Below, in pieces: positions 13,870 to 26,594 of a stretch of DNA of 64,000 bases. This stretch comes from Amphiscolops sp. MND2022 (Eukaryota). Made by a program: the position numbers and the translations under genes. The stretch lies in assembly GCA_964187785.1 (NCBI GenBank), contig CAXLNC010001016.1:1-64000 (forward strand), read 5' to 3'. Every line of letters begins with the position of its first letter. The first letter of the stretch is position 1. The notes under the pieces are model-generated. The model was given only the letters and a program-made list of their open reading frames with translations, had not been told where the DNA came from and did not search any database.

Positions 13870-14131
13870 CTTAGTTGCACACGATTGCGGGTACCCCCTG
13901 TCGCGCTACACGTGTCGCGCTACACGTGTCGCAGCTGATTTCCTGGATTTTATAGCATTTTGCAGGTGTAGCACCGGTGTCGCGCTACACCCCCTAAAAA
14001 TTTTGGTGTCGCACCTCCCCCCCCCCTGTGCCGGGAGGTGTCGCACCGAAATTTGGGTCTGAAAAGGTGTCGCGCTACACGGGAGTGTCGCAGCTACAGT
14101 TGCGGGTGTCGCGCTACACTGTGCAACTAAG
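13870..14131. mobile_element. MITE, CTTAGTTGCAC termini, 8-bp TSD CCCGGAAG, nested in a CCCCGGAAG-motif element
   Basis: TSD at 13862-13869 and 14132-14139; interior of GTGTCGCGCTAC repeats. Confidence 0.9.
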
Positions 14132-16356
14132 CCCGGAAGTTCCCCGGACTTCCCTCGAAGTTCCCCAGGCTTCCCCCGGAGGTCAGCCCCTTTTTCTGGG
14201 AAGCCTGACACCCTCTCCTGACTTGCTCTGAGAAATTAAGGGAAAACAACGGACACTAACGGATTTCAACGGGAGGCTCCCGCCACAAAGTGTTGGCGTT
14301 GCCATGTCTGCAGAAGTGTGTTGTGAAATTTTTGGGTGAAATTTGAGCGAACTGATGTGAAAAATCGGGTGACATTTCGGGGGAAGACTTTTCCCTGTCC
14401 TTCCTTTCCTTGTGTTTTTCTTGGAATCCCTTGTTTTTTTCCCTTGCGAGGAAGTCCTTGTTTTTTCGAGCGTTTTTCCCTTCTTTTCCAGGGATTTCAG
14501 GGGTTCGGTAGGGATAAAAAATCCTTGTTTTTTTGTGGTGGTTTTTCGTGCGTTTTTTTCCAAAAAAAGAAGGAAAGGAAGGACAGGGTTCCACCTGCTA
14601 ACAAAGCATTAAACTTGTCGGGCCGAATTTCGGGGAAAAGTCCGGAGAACCTTTTTGGAAACTTCGTTTCAAATTTCGCCCTTTTTGCGGAAGCTTCGTT
14701 CAGCAGAAGTGCGATGTTAACAAAGTGGGGGGACACAAAAAGCGTCCACCTTTTGACATCTAACTTGCTGCTCCACCTCGAAGATGGACTCGTATCCAGG
14801 GCAATGCAAGTACCACAGCACTTTCCTCAGTCAACGCTTGCGGCTGTGACCCAAGCTTCGTGACCCGACCAAAATACTCCCCCCCTACCGCGAGACAGGT
14901 GTAGCAATACCACTGTCGCACTGTGTTTCCTGTCGTATCGCAGACTATCGCTGCTACACTCCCACCTCTTTCCGTAAAAATGGCCTATCGCAGTCCAAAG
15001 ACAAGCCTGACAAGGGGGTATTGCTGCTACTATGGCAGAAAAAGCTAGCCTCTGAAGCCTATCGTGCTATAGGGGGCGTCGCACGAAATAGTGCCGCCAA
15101 TCGCGCTATAGTTGGACACTACGGCCCCAAGAAGCTACCATGGTCACTCAGATCAATACCAAATGACCATCCTGAACGGAAACTCTACATTACTAATTCC
15201 CTGAAATCTTTCACATCTAAAACAAGGGTCTACCCCTACCCCTTGGGCGCGGGGTCTGCGAGACCAAATCCAAAAATGAGGCTCCAGACCCAGAAAACCC
15301 TTTATTTCTAGGGTTTTCTGTGCTCAGAGGGGGCTTCCGAGACCATGGTCTCAGACCATGGTCTCGGAAGGGGCCAGACCATGGGGTAGGGGTAGATCCG
15401 GAGACTGTGAGAAATCTTTCACATCTACCATTGCTTCTATTACTATGCAGAGCAGTTGAGGCATATAGAGAGAGAGGCAAAGCTTCTTAATTGGCTAGTG
15501 CCATGACTGTGCATCATCGGACTCGTCACTAGACACCTGCTTGTTTATGTCACCCATGGTCTGTATCTCTAGCAGGTGTTTGTGGGTGAGCCCAAATGGG
15601 CACATGCTGATGTCTTCCTAGACTCACCCGTACCGCGTGTGAGGCCGCCTCTGGAATGAAATCTTTCACATGTGAAGTGACAAAAAAAACAAATAAAGAA
15701 CAAAAACACATACACTCGAGCCAGAAAATATTGCGAAAGTATAGAGAAAAAAAACATCCTTTTATGTAAATGAAATGAGATTTTCCAAGAAAATCCCAAA
15801 CAATTTATCCATGTAACTCTCTGAATCACAAACGAATAGGTGTAATGTAATTTTCGGGAAATGAATTCCAGAATTATATTTCCTGTAATTGACATGTAAT
15901 TTCTCGGGAAATCAATTCAAAAAAACAAAATTAATGTATGTAATATTTTCTGGCTAGAGTGTACACATATATAAAAGTAGCAATCTACCCATTGAAAGAT
16001 GCTTGAAGCTTGTATCCCCCTTTCTCCTTTCCTCGCGTGGCTCATTTGAGTTATCATCAGGCCAAAGACCTCATCTGGTGGAGTGTAATCAGGGAAAGAC
16101 CCCCTGGGTTGATTCAGCGTGTGCTGAATGTCCTGGTCTTTTGAGCTCTGGGTGCCGCTCCTGCCCCGGCTTCCACCTTCGTCTCGGAGCCTCAGATTGT
16201 TCCCCTGCACTAGCATTTTGCTTGAGGGGCCCTTGGACATTTGCTTGGATCTGCTGCCCGCAGCTCCCCTACCACCCGTGCAATAACGGGACGCACAGCA
16301 CATGTTTTTACAGCACAGGGGGGCACACGCCGATGTAAACAAAATAATCACGGGAT

Positions 16357-16642
16357 TTACGAGTCAGGCTGCCTGGCATAGAATGGAAAACGGGCCGAAA
16401 TCCAAAAATGGGAAAAAATTGGCCAAAAAACAGAAAATGGCCCTCGGCCCGAAACGGGGGAAAAATGGCCCAAAAATCGCGAAAAAATGGGATTTGGGGT
16501 CATTTTTCTATTTTTTCGCCATGTTTGGGCCATTTTTCCCCCTTTCGGGCTGAGGGCCGGCCATTTTCTATTTTTGGCCAATTTTTCCCATTTTTGGATT
16601 TCGGCCCGTTTTCCATTCTATGCCTGGCAGCCTGACTCGTAA
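16357..16642. mobile_element. Fold-back MITE, TTACGAG termini, 8-bp TSD CACGGGAT
   Basis: Long, nearly perfect inverted arms; TSD at 16349-16356 and 16643-16650. Confidence 0.9.
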
Positions 16643-19027
16643 CACGGGATTGTTCCGAGATTCTCTGGGGATTTATTTTTTAGCGTTGTTCCCCCCTCTC
16701 AGGAATAACCCCCAATAGACACGTAAACAAGTCTTGGACACGCACCCGGTTGCGTGACAATCCCCCAAATTTGTTTACCCTTGGGCAGGGGAAATCAAAG
16801 TATCTACCTCCACCGTAGCGGCCCTCTTCTCGAAATGGCCTTGACAGGCCAGAGAGAATCGCTATGGTAGATATGGTTTTGCTGGTTTTTCCTGGATTTC
16901 CATATCTACCGTAGGGGTGGATGGAGCCAGAGTTTCAGTCTGAAGATTTTCTTTTCTTTCTCTCTGGGTGGTGGTGGTAGATGTTTTTGAGTTCCCTGCA
17001 GTTGCGTGACAATCCCCCAAAATTGTTTACCCCTGGGCGCGCCCCGATTACATTCGTAATTCAAAAACAATTAAAAGTGTAAGTATAAGTGTAAGTTTTT
17101 GGTAATTAATTTGAAAACACTTTAAGAGTGCAAGTGTTATCTCCAGAGTGTAAGTGTACTCCCTAAGGGGGGGCACATTCAGGAGCAAGGGAGGAGAGAT
17201 ACAGATTCCACCCCGGAAATTGGTCCGAAAACAAAAAACTCTCCGATTACGCTCTTCAAATTAATTTCGAAAAGCGATTAAAAGTGCATGTGTAATGAAT
17301 TCGAAAATTCATTCCAATATAATGTGAGTGCATCTAATCTCGGTGCACCCGCCGGTATGTCTATGTGTTTTTCTTTCAGTGATAAACACTGACCTTATTT
17401 CACGCAGATTTCGGGAAGGAGTTTTCTTTCCGAACTTTGTGGAGAGGTCCACCCTGAAACGGCCCCTCTTGAAACACTGTGCTGTACCAGTCGCTCTACA
17501 GAACAAAGCACTTTTCGAGGGGGAGAAGAGGGGGAAAGCTGCTGAGAAAAGGGAAGGAAGAGGGGTCGCCAGCAAAGGGGGCAAAAAAGGAAAACAGGAC
17601 GCTTGAAAACAGGTCAGAACACTCAAATGCAAAGTTTACATGTTTAATTCCCAATACTTTTTGCATGTAATGTTCCCAAAGGACCGCCGTACTAAAAATA
17701 CTACGCCGTAGTAAATCTACTACGCGTAGTAAATTTGCTATCGCACACTGATTTGCTATCGCGACCCCATTGTGCAGACATCATTTTCCTTGGGTTGTAC
17801 AGGGATTTCTCTTCTCAAAGAAGGGTTAGCAGCATAGTAAACATGGGGGGCGTAGTAAAAACACTACGGCGTAGCAATTCACTATCCCGTAGTGTTTTTA
17901 GTACGGCTGGGTCCTTTGGGTTTATATGTGGTATCGCAGGGTAGGCTAACGCACACAAGCACTACACTGAGTCCACTTACATGTCATAATTCGAGGAAGT
18001 GTTCCCATGCAAACCGCATGTAAAATTTACATTTGTCAACGAGCGCCGAAGGGCCGACTCCATGAGGACCCATCCACAAGCGGAGTTAGGGTGGGTTTTT
18101 TTGAGTTTTTCTGCCCTTCTCCACACGAAGCAACTGGTTTGCCGTCTGCTATAGGGGACCGCCAACCACGCACCATCCCCACAAAAGACCTTCCTCACCA
18201 AGTGGTATTTGGGGGGGGGGTGGTGTGCGAATTGTCGGGACCTAAGAAAAATGCAAAATACGCACCACCCCCAGTTTTGCACTCGCGATGTTGATCGTCG
18301 ATTTTGTGGGGGTGGTGCGTGGATTTCACGGTCCGATGCTACCATTGCCAAAAACATTTGTATTTTTCCATTCGAATGAGCTCCTCTCTCCTGAAGTGCT
18401 TGATCTTGATGGTTGCTTCAGTAGTGAAAAACCCTACCATGATCTGGGTGACTCTGTTGTCTGGAAGGGCCCTCAGTGAGAGGGCCCTCTGGCTGTTGCT
18501 GAAATTGCTGATCCGCATGGATGTATCATTTTTCCTGGGGACTAACATGCTGTAAAGGTAATGTATTTTGCATTATGCCGCTCGGGGGAATGCAACTGGT
18601 AAGAAGACGCTTTCGAGCCAACCCAGCCACAGGTACAGGTAGTTGCAGTTCCAATTCCATTCTGCATGGATAAGGAAGACAAAGGTAAAGGCAATGTAAC
18701 TCCCACTTCTGCACCTAAAGAATGAAACAGACAAGTCATCATCTCACCTTTTTTCGCGCGCCTGAAAAAAAGGATTTTCCTTTTTTTCCTGTGGGGCGAC
18801 CCCATCCAGAACCGTCCCCAAAACCCAGGCTCTGGAGGTTGCCTTTTCTCTACTAGAAAGAGTAGATCTGAGGTCCCAGAAAGACAGGATTTTGGGGAAG
18901 AAAATTACCTGGGGAAGGGTGGGGGAGGACAGGACAAAAAAAGGAAAAAAGGATGCGCAAAAAAAGGTGGGTCATTTGTAGTGGGATGGAACTCCACGAT
19001 TGTCCCGGTGTTTCCTGGGATTTTCAA

Positions 19028-19287
19028 CTTAGTGACCCGACCGACCCCCCCCCACCTATCGCGAGACAGGTGTAGCAATACCCCTGTCACACTGTATTTT
19101 CTGTGGTATCGCAGACTATTGCTGCTACACCCGACCACTTCTTGCCTTAATAAAAGTGGCCTATCGCGATCCCAAGATAGGCCTTGGAGGGGGGTATCGC
19201 AGAAAAAGCTTGTCCCTGAAGCCTATTGCGCTAGAGGGGGCGTCGCATGAAATAGTATCACCAATCGCGCTACAGTGGGACACTAAG
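19028..19287. mobile_element. MITE, CTTAGTG.CCC termini, degenerate 8-bp TSD
   Basis: ATTTTCAA / ATTTTCTC flanks; diverged relative at about 14856-15122. Confidence 0.75.
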
Positions 19288-21221
19288 ATTTTCTCAAGGA
19301 GCTTTCTTTATGTGCTTCCTTTTTCAGACGAATTTTGGGGTACAAAAGGCCTGCAATGCTCTCCCAAGAAAGAGAGGGAGAACTGAAAAGGGCGAGGTTG
19401 GAAGTGCTGGAGCAATTCGTAGCTGACAAGTTAAATGATGCGTTGTTAAGACCCGGGTAATGCTGGCGCAGTGATTCGAATCACGTGATGCGATATGAGA
19501 TGGAAAAATCGGCAGACGCTGGGGGTGGGGGTCGAATCAGACTCCTTAGAAGAAAAAGGCTGAAGAAAACAACGCAGAGTGGCAGAAAAGGTCACAAACA
19601 AAAATGCCGAGCCTTTCTTGGGGTCTTTTAAGGAAACCCCTCTATAAGCCCCTGGACAAATGGGGTCGGACGGATTTAAGCAGAGTTTAACCGGATCTGA
19701 CTTTCTCAGCCCTGTCGGGGTATGCGGTGCGCCTCTGAAGACACAGGATGTTCACCGCATCTTAACCGGACTTCAACCGGATTTTAACTGGATGCCATGG
19801 AATCTGGTTAAAATCTGGTAAAAAGCTGCTTGGCCCCCTTCTTGGTGGCCACCATTAACTTTTCTCCGTTCACGTGCTGTTTCCCCAAGTTCTTTAGGCC
19901 TTCATTCACGGGCTTTTTCCACAACGAGAGCGCCGAATTCATACCAGGCCGTTGGAAATTATTACCTGAAGTATTCCTGGGAATGCTCTATGCAAAAACA
20001 ATTGCATAACTTATTCCTGTATTCTGAGCGCCCCGAATACTTTAGGCAATTTCTGTTTGCTGAGAAGCACAGACATTCGTGAATACTTTAGGTAAAAATG
20101 CATTACATACTCGGGATATTCAGGCCCCTCCGAATAAATCATGCATGCGAAAACTTTCCGCCCGCATGGTAGAATCACTCCTTTGTTCACGGTCCGCTAT
20201 CTAAATTCACGGGCGAATGGTTCACTAATCGCTCCAATCACATTCACACATTCACCCCAATCACGCGAATAGTGGCCACTAAACCCACCTTCCTCGGCCC
20301 ATTTACTCGGTGCCGAACATCTCAACGCTAAGTTGGCGACTGCGCTGTATCAATCTTCGCGGCATCCTCACTGCTGCAGGGACTTCCTGCCGACATCACT
20401 GGCTCATGCAGCCATCCCTGCCTTCCCCTTGCCTTGCATGCCCTAAAAAGCAATCTGCTCTTGAGACCGCAAAAGTCGATTCTACACTTTCTTCTGCGCC
20501 CGGAAATCGGGGAATTTTCTCCAGATTTTGGGGGCTATGTCCTTACCAAATTACATAGAAAACCTGGAGCAAAAACGGAAAAAATCCACTTGAGAAATTC
20601 AAAAAATCCGGCGGAGACGGTGCCCCGAATTTGCAGATGAGTCTGTCCCTGTCGTAGTCGAATGTGTCCTGATACTCATATCAGGACACATTCAATTTCC
20701 TTAAATGAGGGGCCCTCGAAGGAGGATGGGGCAACTAAGGCTAGAACTAGGAAACCGGCAGAATGCTGTTCCGAGAATACTATGATGAGGCCCGAAATGA
20801 GTACAAAAATGATTCGGAAACATTTCTTTTGTGTAACAGAGGTGTGTGTAATTGGAAAAGTAATTCTCAGACAATTAATGCGTGTAATTGGCGCATTCAC
20901 AGAAAGTACCTTATGAAGGCGCCGAATTACACAAAAAAACGTGCCAGAAAACCCCAGTGCAATTTGGAAATTAATTCCCAAATCATAAAATATGTGTGTG
21001 TAATCATTTTGGGCCCCACAGTACTGTTTCGGAGGGGAGAACTCACTGAGTTCTGCGGCAAACTCGCTGAGTTCTGCATGAGAAACAGGTGAGTTCGCTT
21101 TGGCCAACAAATCATAGGCTGACAGGAACTCACTGAGCTCTCTCCCCAGAACTTGGCGAGGACCAAAAAACTCACTGAGCTTGGTGTTTGAAACTGTGCA
21201 CCCCGAAACCGTACCCCCAAT

Positions 21222-21437
21222 CTTAGACGGCCCAGCGATTCGCAGAAAAAAACCCTGTTTTCAGAATGTGCGAGCGATTCGCGCGAATCGCCTCAAACCT
21301 GCGATTCGCAATTTTAGCCCGCCCGAAGCACGATTCGCAAAAAAGGGGGTTCGGTTCGGGAACCCTGAAATGATTCGCGAGAATCAGGCGATTCGCGCGA
21401 ATCTGCGAATCGATTCGCGTGAATCAGGCCATCTAAG
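21222..21437. mobile_element. MITE, CTTAGAYGGCC termini, 8-bp TSD CCCCCAAT
   Basis: Interior of GCGATTCGC/GCGAATCGC motifs; similar motif blocks at about 4470-4710, 11770-12065 and 46960-47070. Confidence 0.9.
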
Positions 21438-22014
21438 CCCCCAATTTTTTGACATTACGTAAATAATGCAAGCAAATGCTGTAACGCGACGCTGCTGTAA
21501 CTCTAATGCTAATTGATTGAAAACAAGTATGTAATGTAACTGTAATGTTTTCTAATTCCCTTCTGTCTCTTTGGCTATCTGAGTATGTGCGAACAGCAGA
21601 GAGAGAGAGAGAGAGAGAAAGGCCAGACCCACCCATTACAGCTCCCCAAAAAATTCCCGGGAATTGCTGTAATGTAACTGTAATGTCTAATTCTAACTAC
21701 TAACTCTGAAAATGTAGAAGATGTAAGTAATATCAAAAAAAGGGGGGTTTTCGGCCCGTCTCAGCGGGTTGAACTGTCCCCCGGGCGCCTCTAGTTGCGA
21801 GTCCAAACAAGGTTTGATGGTGTTCATCTCCGAAGTCTAGTATAGTCTCTGTGAAGAGAGCTGCTACCACATATGGAAATAAGGACAAGTTAGGCGAGCC
21901 CTGGTCCTAATACTCTTAGGGACACCCGGGAACCCTGACAGCTAAAACCCCAGGACCCTCAACCAACAATTAAAGTTCAGAAGTCAGCGTGCTCCTAAGT
22001 CTACAGAAACCCAG

Positions 22015-22220
22015 AAAAGATTAAAGTGACCCAAAAGTGACTCAAAAGTGACTCAGGCAGACCGACCCCAAAGTGACCCAAAAGTGACTCAGAAGTGACT
22101 CCGGACCCCATTTTTGAGTCATTTTTGAGTCACTTGGGGTCACTCTGGGGTGGGGCCCTGGGAGTCACTTTTGAGTCACTTTTAGGTCACTTTCATCCTT
22201 TCTGGGTCTCTGTAGACTTA
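22015..22220. repeat. Fold-back element built of AAAAGTGACTC/GAGTCACTTTT motifs
   Basis: TIR AAGTCTACAGA.ACCCAGAAAAG; related block at about 22820-22970. Confidence 0.8.
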
Positions 22221-24113
22221 TTAGGAGAGCACTGACTTCCCAAAATTAAAGAAGCAAACAAAAAAAGGGGGGAAGGCCCCGTAAAGGAGAACAGAAGGGT
22301 CCTTTTAATTTTCGAAAACGAGGAGATGCCCCTGAACAATTTAAATCGCGATATGTTTGAACCATTTCGTTCTCATGGAGGTTTGCTTGGTTGATATTCT
22401 GGCCGAGTGCTTGAGGATTCCACTGGTTTTAAAAGGGTTTCTTCCGAGAGACACATCTATGAGAGCACTTTGGTCAGACAGACAAAATTGCTCTCATAGC
22501 GTGTCTCAAAAAGTTAAACGTATCAGGCGCTTTTCTGACTTCTCAGAGCAACTCTCAGAGCGACTCTCGGAATTGGTTAGACGCCAAAATGTCAGCCCAG
22601 ATTCTTGGAGCGTTTTCTTTCAAAGTTGGGGTGGTTTCCCGCACACCAACTTTGCTCTGTGCTTTAAACAATGCTAAATTGCGACCCATGGATTGCTGCA
22701 CCCTGCAGCGTTTCCGGAATGTTATTACCCCTGGGTCGATGGTACGTCTGCAACGCCTAAATAGTCAGAAACAATTCCTCACGGATTTTCTCCTGACTGT
22801 CTATACTGTTATTATTCAGTGACTCAAAAGTTACTCAAAAGTTACTTTTGAGTCACTGTTGAGTAACTTTTGAGTCACTTTCACCGGGATCCCGAAAGTC
22901 GCTTTTCACTCACTTTTTCGTGTCTTTGAATTTTTCGGGGTTTGGGGGTCTGTAGGGCTACTTCCGGGTCACAACTTTAATTGCAACGGTTCTCCTTGGG
23001 GCTTCAATTGTCAGGGCTTGCACGGATCTCTTATGAAATGCCCAAAATATATAGGACTCGAGCTTGCCTAAAGTTAGGTGTAAGATTCCCTGGCCCTTTT
23101 TTAGCCGCAAGCCTCCTGCATTAACGTCGATTAACCGCAGAAAATCGACTAGCAACCCCAAAATAGCGTCTATTAACGTCTGTTAACGCCCTATTTTCTG
23201 CGATTTTCCCGCCGTTTCTGCGAAAATCCTCACTGTCCCCTTTCAAATTGGCACCCGCAATATGTGGTCTTCGGCACAATTCCCGGCGAAAAAAGGGCCA
23301 GGGAATTTAACACCTAACTAAAGGATACGGCTTTTGGGGCTCACAAAGGTGACCATGAGCTCATGAGAGAAGGTACACCTGGGGTTTCCCAAACCGGGGG
23401 GGTGGTTGCCTTTTTTTGGGAGGAGGGTCATGATGATGTCCCGAACCCCCCTTTTCGGGAATTTCCTTATAGGTCCTCTTGATAGACCAAGAAAGAGGGA
23501 CAGCTAGTGGGAGGGCAAAACAGGGTCGATTTGTCATTTTGCATTTTCACTTGTTTTGCAGTGTTTGGGGGTCCCAAGATACCCAGATGCTGGGAAAAAA
23601 CAGCACGAAAAGTGTCATTGTCACACCCCTTTTGGTGTGCACCAAACAAATGCTAGTAAAAAACTAGGATTTGAGATCAGTGTCCCCATACGCTAGCAGG
23701 CAAAGCACGGGGAAAATGACAAATCGACCCCATTTTGCCCATATACAGGGACAGCTAGAAGAAGGAGACATCGAAAAAGTTCATTAAAAACAACCAAAAA
23801 ATGTAAGGAAAGTCCCCAAGAAGGGAGGAAAATTCAGAACTCACCGGATCGGGGCCTATCCCGAAAAATCAGATTTAGTAAATTTCCGGGGTCCGAACTG
23901 AAGAAAATGTAGTGAACTTTGCGTTTTGGTTTTTCATAGGAAAATTGAAAAATCCTCCCAAAACCCCGGTTTGGTAAACCAATTTTCGGCCACTCTGCGG
24001 GGTCAACTAAATTGGACCGGCCCTATAATAATTGCAAACAGTTCCGAAAATTCAAAAACAGATTGGACGGACGAGTCAAAATCGGGAGAAGGCCCCATGT
24101 TTGAACCTTAGTG

Positions 24114-24195
24114 TTACGATCTCGGCCGCCATTTACAGGAGTGCTCCGGGGCCCGGGCCCCGGAGCACTCCTGTAAATGGCGGCCGAGATTGCAA
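24114..24195. mobile_element. 82-bp mini-element containing a perfect 72-bp palindrome, 8-bp TSD CCTTAGTG
   Basis: 24119-24190 equals its own reverse complement; TSD at 24106-24113 and 24196-24203. Confidence 0.9.
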
Positions 24196-25357
24196 CCTTA
24201 GTGGCCACCATTAACTTTTCTCACGTGCTGTCTCCGCAGGTTTTTTAGGCGTTTTCGCAACGAGAACGCCCCGAATTCACATGATCACACTTATATTCAC
24301 TATTCACTATCTAAATTCACGGGCGAATGGCTCACTAATCACTTCAATCACACTCACATAATCACTCCAATCACGCAAATACCGTCTGTTTCCACATGGT
24401 TACCGATCTAGTTCAAGATCGTTTAAAGTCGGCGTCGGTTTCGGTGTCGGTAACCGTAATCAATCGCGGCCGACTTGAAGTCGGCAACGGCAACTGTTTT
24501 GACAAAAAAGTGTGTCATGGGCCCTGGAAAATGGTAGACGGAACTACCAAGTCGGTATTGGTAACCCCGGAATTAACTCCCAGACAATTAAAGTCGGTAA
24601 CGGTAATCGGATAATTATTATTGTTAAGTCCCCAAAAAAAAGTCGGTCGGCAACCATTTTGAAACAAATGGTAGCAGTGGGAGGTATCCCACTGCTGCGG
24701 GGCAATAGCTACAACCCACAGACACTTTAGACACTTCAGGCACTTTAGCGCTTCATCACTACATTGCTGTGATGTGGACATGCTACAGAGAAGGAAGGTG
24801 ATCTGGCATACATCAGGGCAGAGCCCGGATGCCAAGCATTGCTTGGTGGCACTTTGCCAAAAGACTTGGAATTTCAGGAGCCTGGGGACCACCCCAATTT
24901 CAGGAAAAACGCTCTCGGAGTGAAAAGGCCATTCTCGGAGCTCTCGGAGAGTTCCGGGGTATTCTCGGAGCAACTCTCGGAATTCAAAATTCCATTCTCG
25001 GAATACAAAATTCCATTCTCGGAATGGCCTCCCAAGACTTGAGCAATACGAACACCACAATTCTCGGAGCAACTCCCGGAGCGATTCCCGGAATTGATGG
25101 GAACCCACGTGAAAGATTTTCATTTGCCCCGGCATTCTCGGAGCGTTTTTTCAAGAATTGGGGTGGTCCCCGCGCACCAGAGAATTTGAGCCTACATAGG
25201 ACTGACCTGTGTCGTGCTGCTGGCATAATGAAACAAATAGTAGTGGCCACTAGGGCTTGAACCCCCCATCACCGGCCCTTGACAGAAATCGCTGCCTAAT
25301 GACTTTGGAAAAAGTTTCGTTGTGCAACCCACTGCATTACATGGCAACCAAGTACAA

Positions 25358-25586
25358 TAGGGCGCACGCCTAAGTGGGTGTACCCTTCGAGGGGGCGTTC
25401 TAGGCACCTTCTGGGAAATCCCTTCTCAGAACCCCTTCTGAGAACCCTTTTCAGACTGTAAAACCCACAGCAAGCTCCCTTCTCAGAACCCTTCTGAGAA
25501 CCCTTTTCCAGAACCCTCCCCAGAACCTTCTCAGAACCCTTCTTAGAACGCTGTGTTGCCGTACGACCCCTTAGGCGTGCACCCGA
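25358..25586. mobile_element. MITE, TAGGG/TCGGG termini, 5-bp TSD TACAA
   Basis: TAGGGCGCACGCCTAAG...CTTAGGCGTGCACCCGA; interior of CAGAACCCTT repeats. Confidence 0.85.
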
Positions 25587-25638
25587 TACAAGTTTGTGCT
25601 ACGCAATGGAAACAACACTGTGATAATGAAAAAAGAAA

Positions 25639-25859
25639 TCAGGATGTCAGAAAAGGGGGGTTGAGTTTAAGGGGGGTAGCCTTCGTCACGGTTTTGAGGG
25701 TTTTGACAGTTCTGGAGAGCACCTTACCCTCCTTTTGCTTGTCCTACAGAATACAGCACAATGAGGCAACTGTGGCGGTTTGACGGTTTTGGCGGTTTCG
25801 GCGGTTTCAGTCATGACGGCTACCCCGCTTAAACTCAACCCCCTTTTCCGCGATCCTGA
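25639..25859. mobile_element. MITE, TCAGGAT termini, 5-bp TSD AGAAA
   Basis: TCAGGAT...AAAAGGGGGGTTGAGTTTAAG vs CTTAAACTCAACCCCCTTTT...ATCCTGA. Confidence 0.85.
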
Positions 25860-26594
25860 AGAAAGGCGAGCATTCCCTAGCCGTGGCCTATGAATTCACT
25901 CCAAACCATTTTCTCATGTGAGGCATTATATCATACTCAGCAAGCTCCCAACCCACCTGAATTCGCACAGCCCCGCTTGAGCAGGTCGAAATGACATAGA
26001 TCAAACACACGTGAATTTGCAATTTGCACCCTCACACCGGGGTAATGACCAGCCATGCAGGAACAAAGCTGGAGATGGCTGCCCTTTGGACCTACTCAAA
26101 CAGGGCTTTGCAAATTCGGGTGGGTTTGGAGCTCGCGGACATGATCCAGCCCAAGATTAATTGAGTCAGAGCATGTCGTCTGTTATGTCGTGCTTTTGGA
26201 CTTCATGGTGGGGTGCACTTTTCATGGCCGCTGGCAAGCAGGCGTGAGACTAGGCCATTGCTTGAATGCGTAGTGGTGATCTGCCCTTGGCCCTCTGCCA
26301 AACCTGTCCAGTTGGATCATGGCACTTTCCTCTGGATAACTTATTTGACAATGTACTGTCCACGCAGAAATTGGTACCTGATTCTATCTGCGGAGGGCGG
26401 TTCCAATGTTTCACTGGAACTAAAGCCTTTCAGACTGACTCCAGCAAATTGTCGAAAGAATAACTAGTTCCAGGCAGGGCCTATCCCGTAATAAACTCAG
26501 TAAAACTACAGAAATTAATTTCTGATGCAGTTTCTGGATCCGCTATAATTTTGGTGCCGACAGTCTAATTATATTTGTACTGGTCAGGCTGCTC

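Noticed and set aside
11139-14825. ESIFEELPLTFKSE as a cyclic-nucleotide-gated channel C-linker
   Set aside because: Depends on one of several possible exon joins; spacing is short and no CNBD or pore exons were found.
18440-18510. VVWKGPLAVAE resembling the phosphoglycerate kinase VWNGP motif
   Set aside because: The key Asn and flanking conservation are absent; a short chance similarity.
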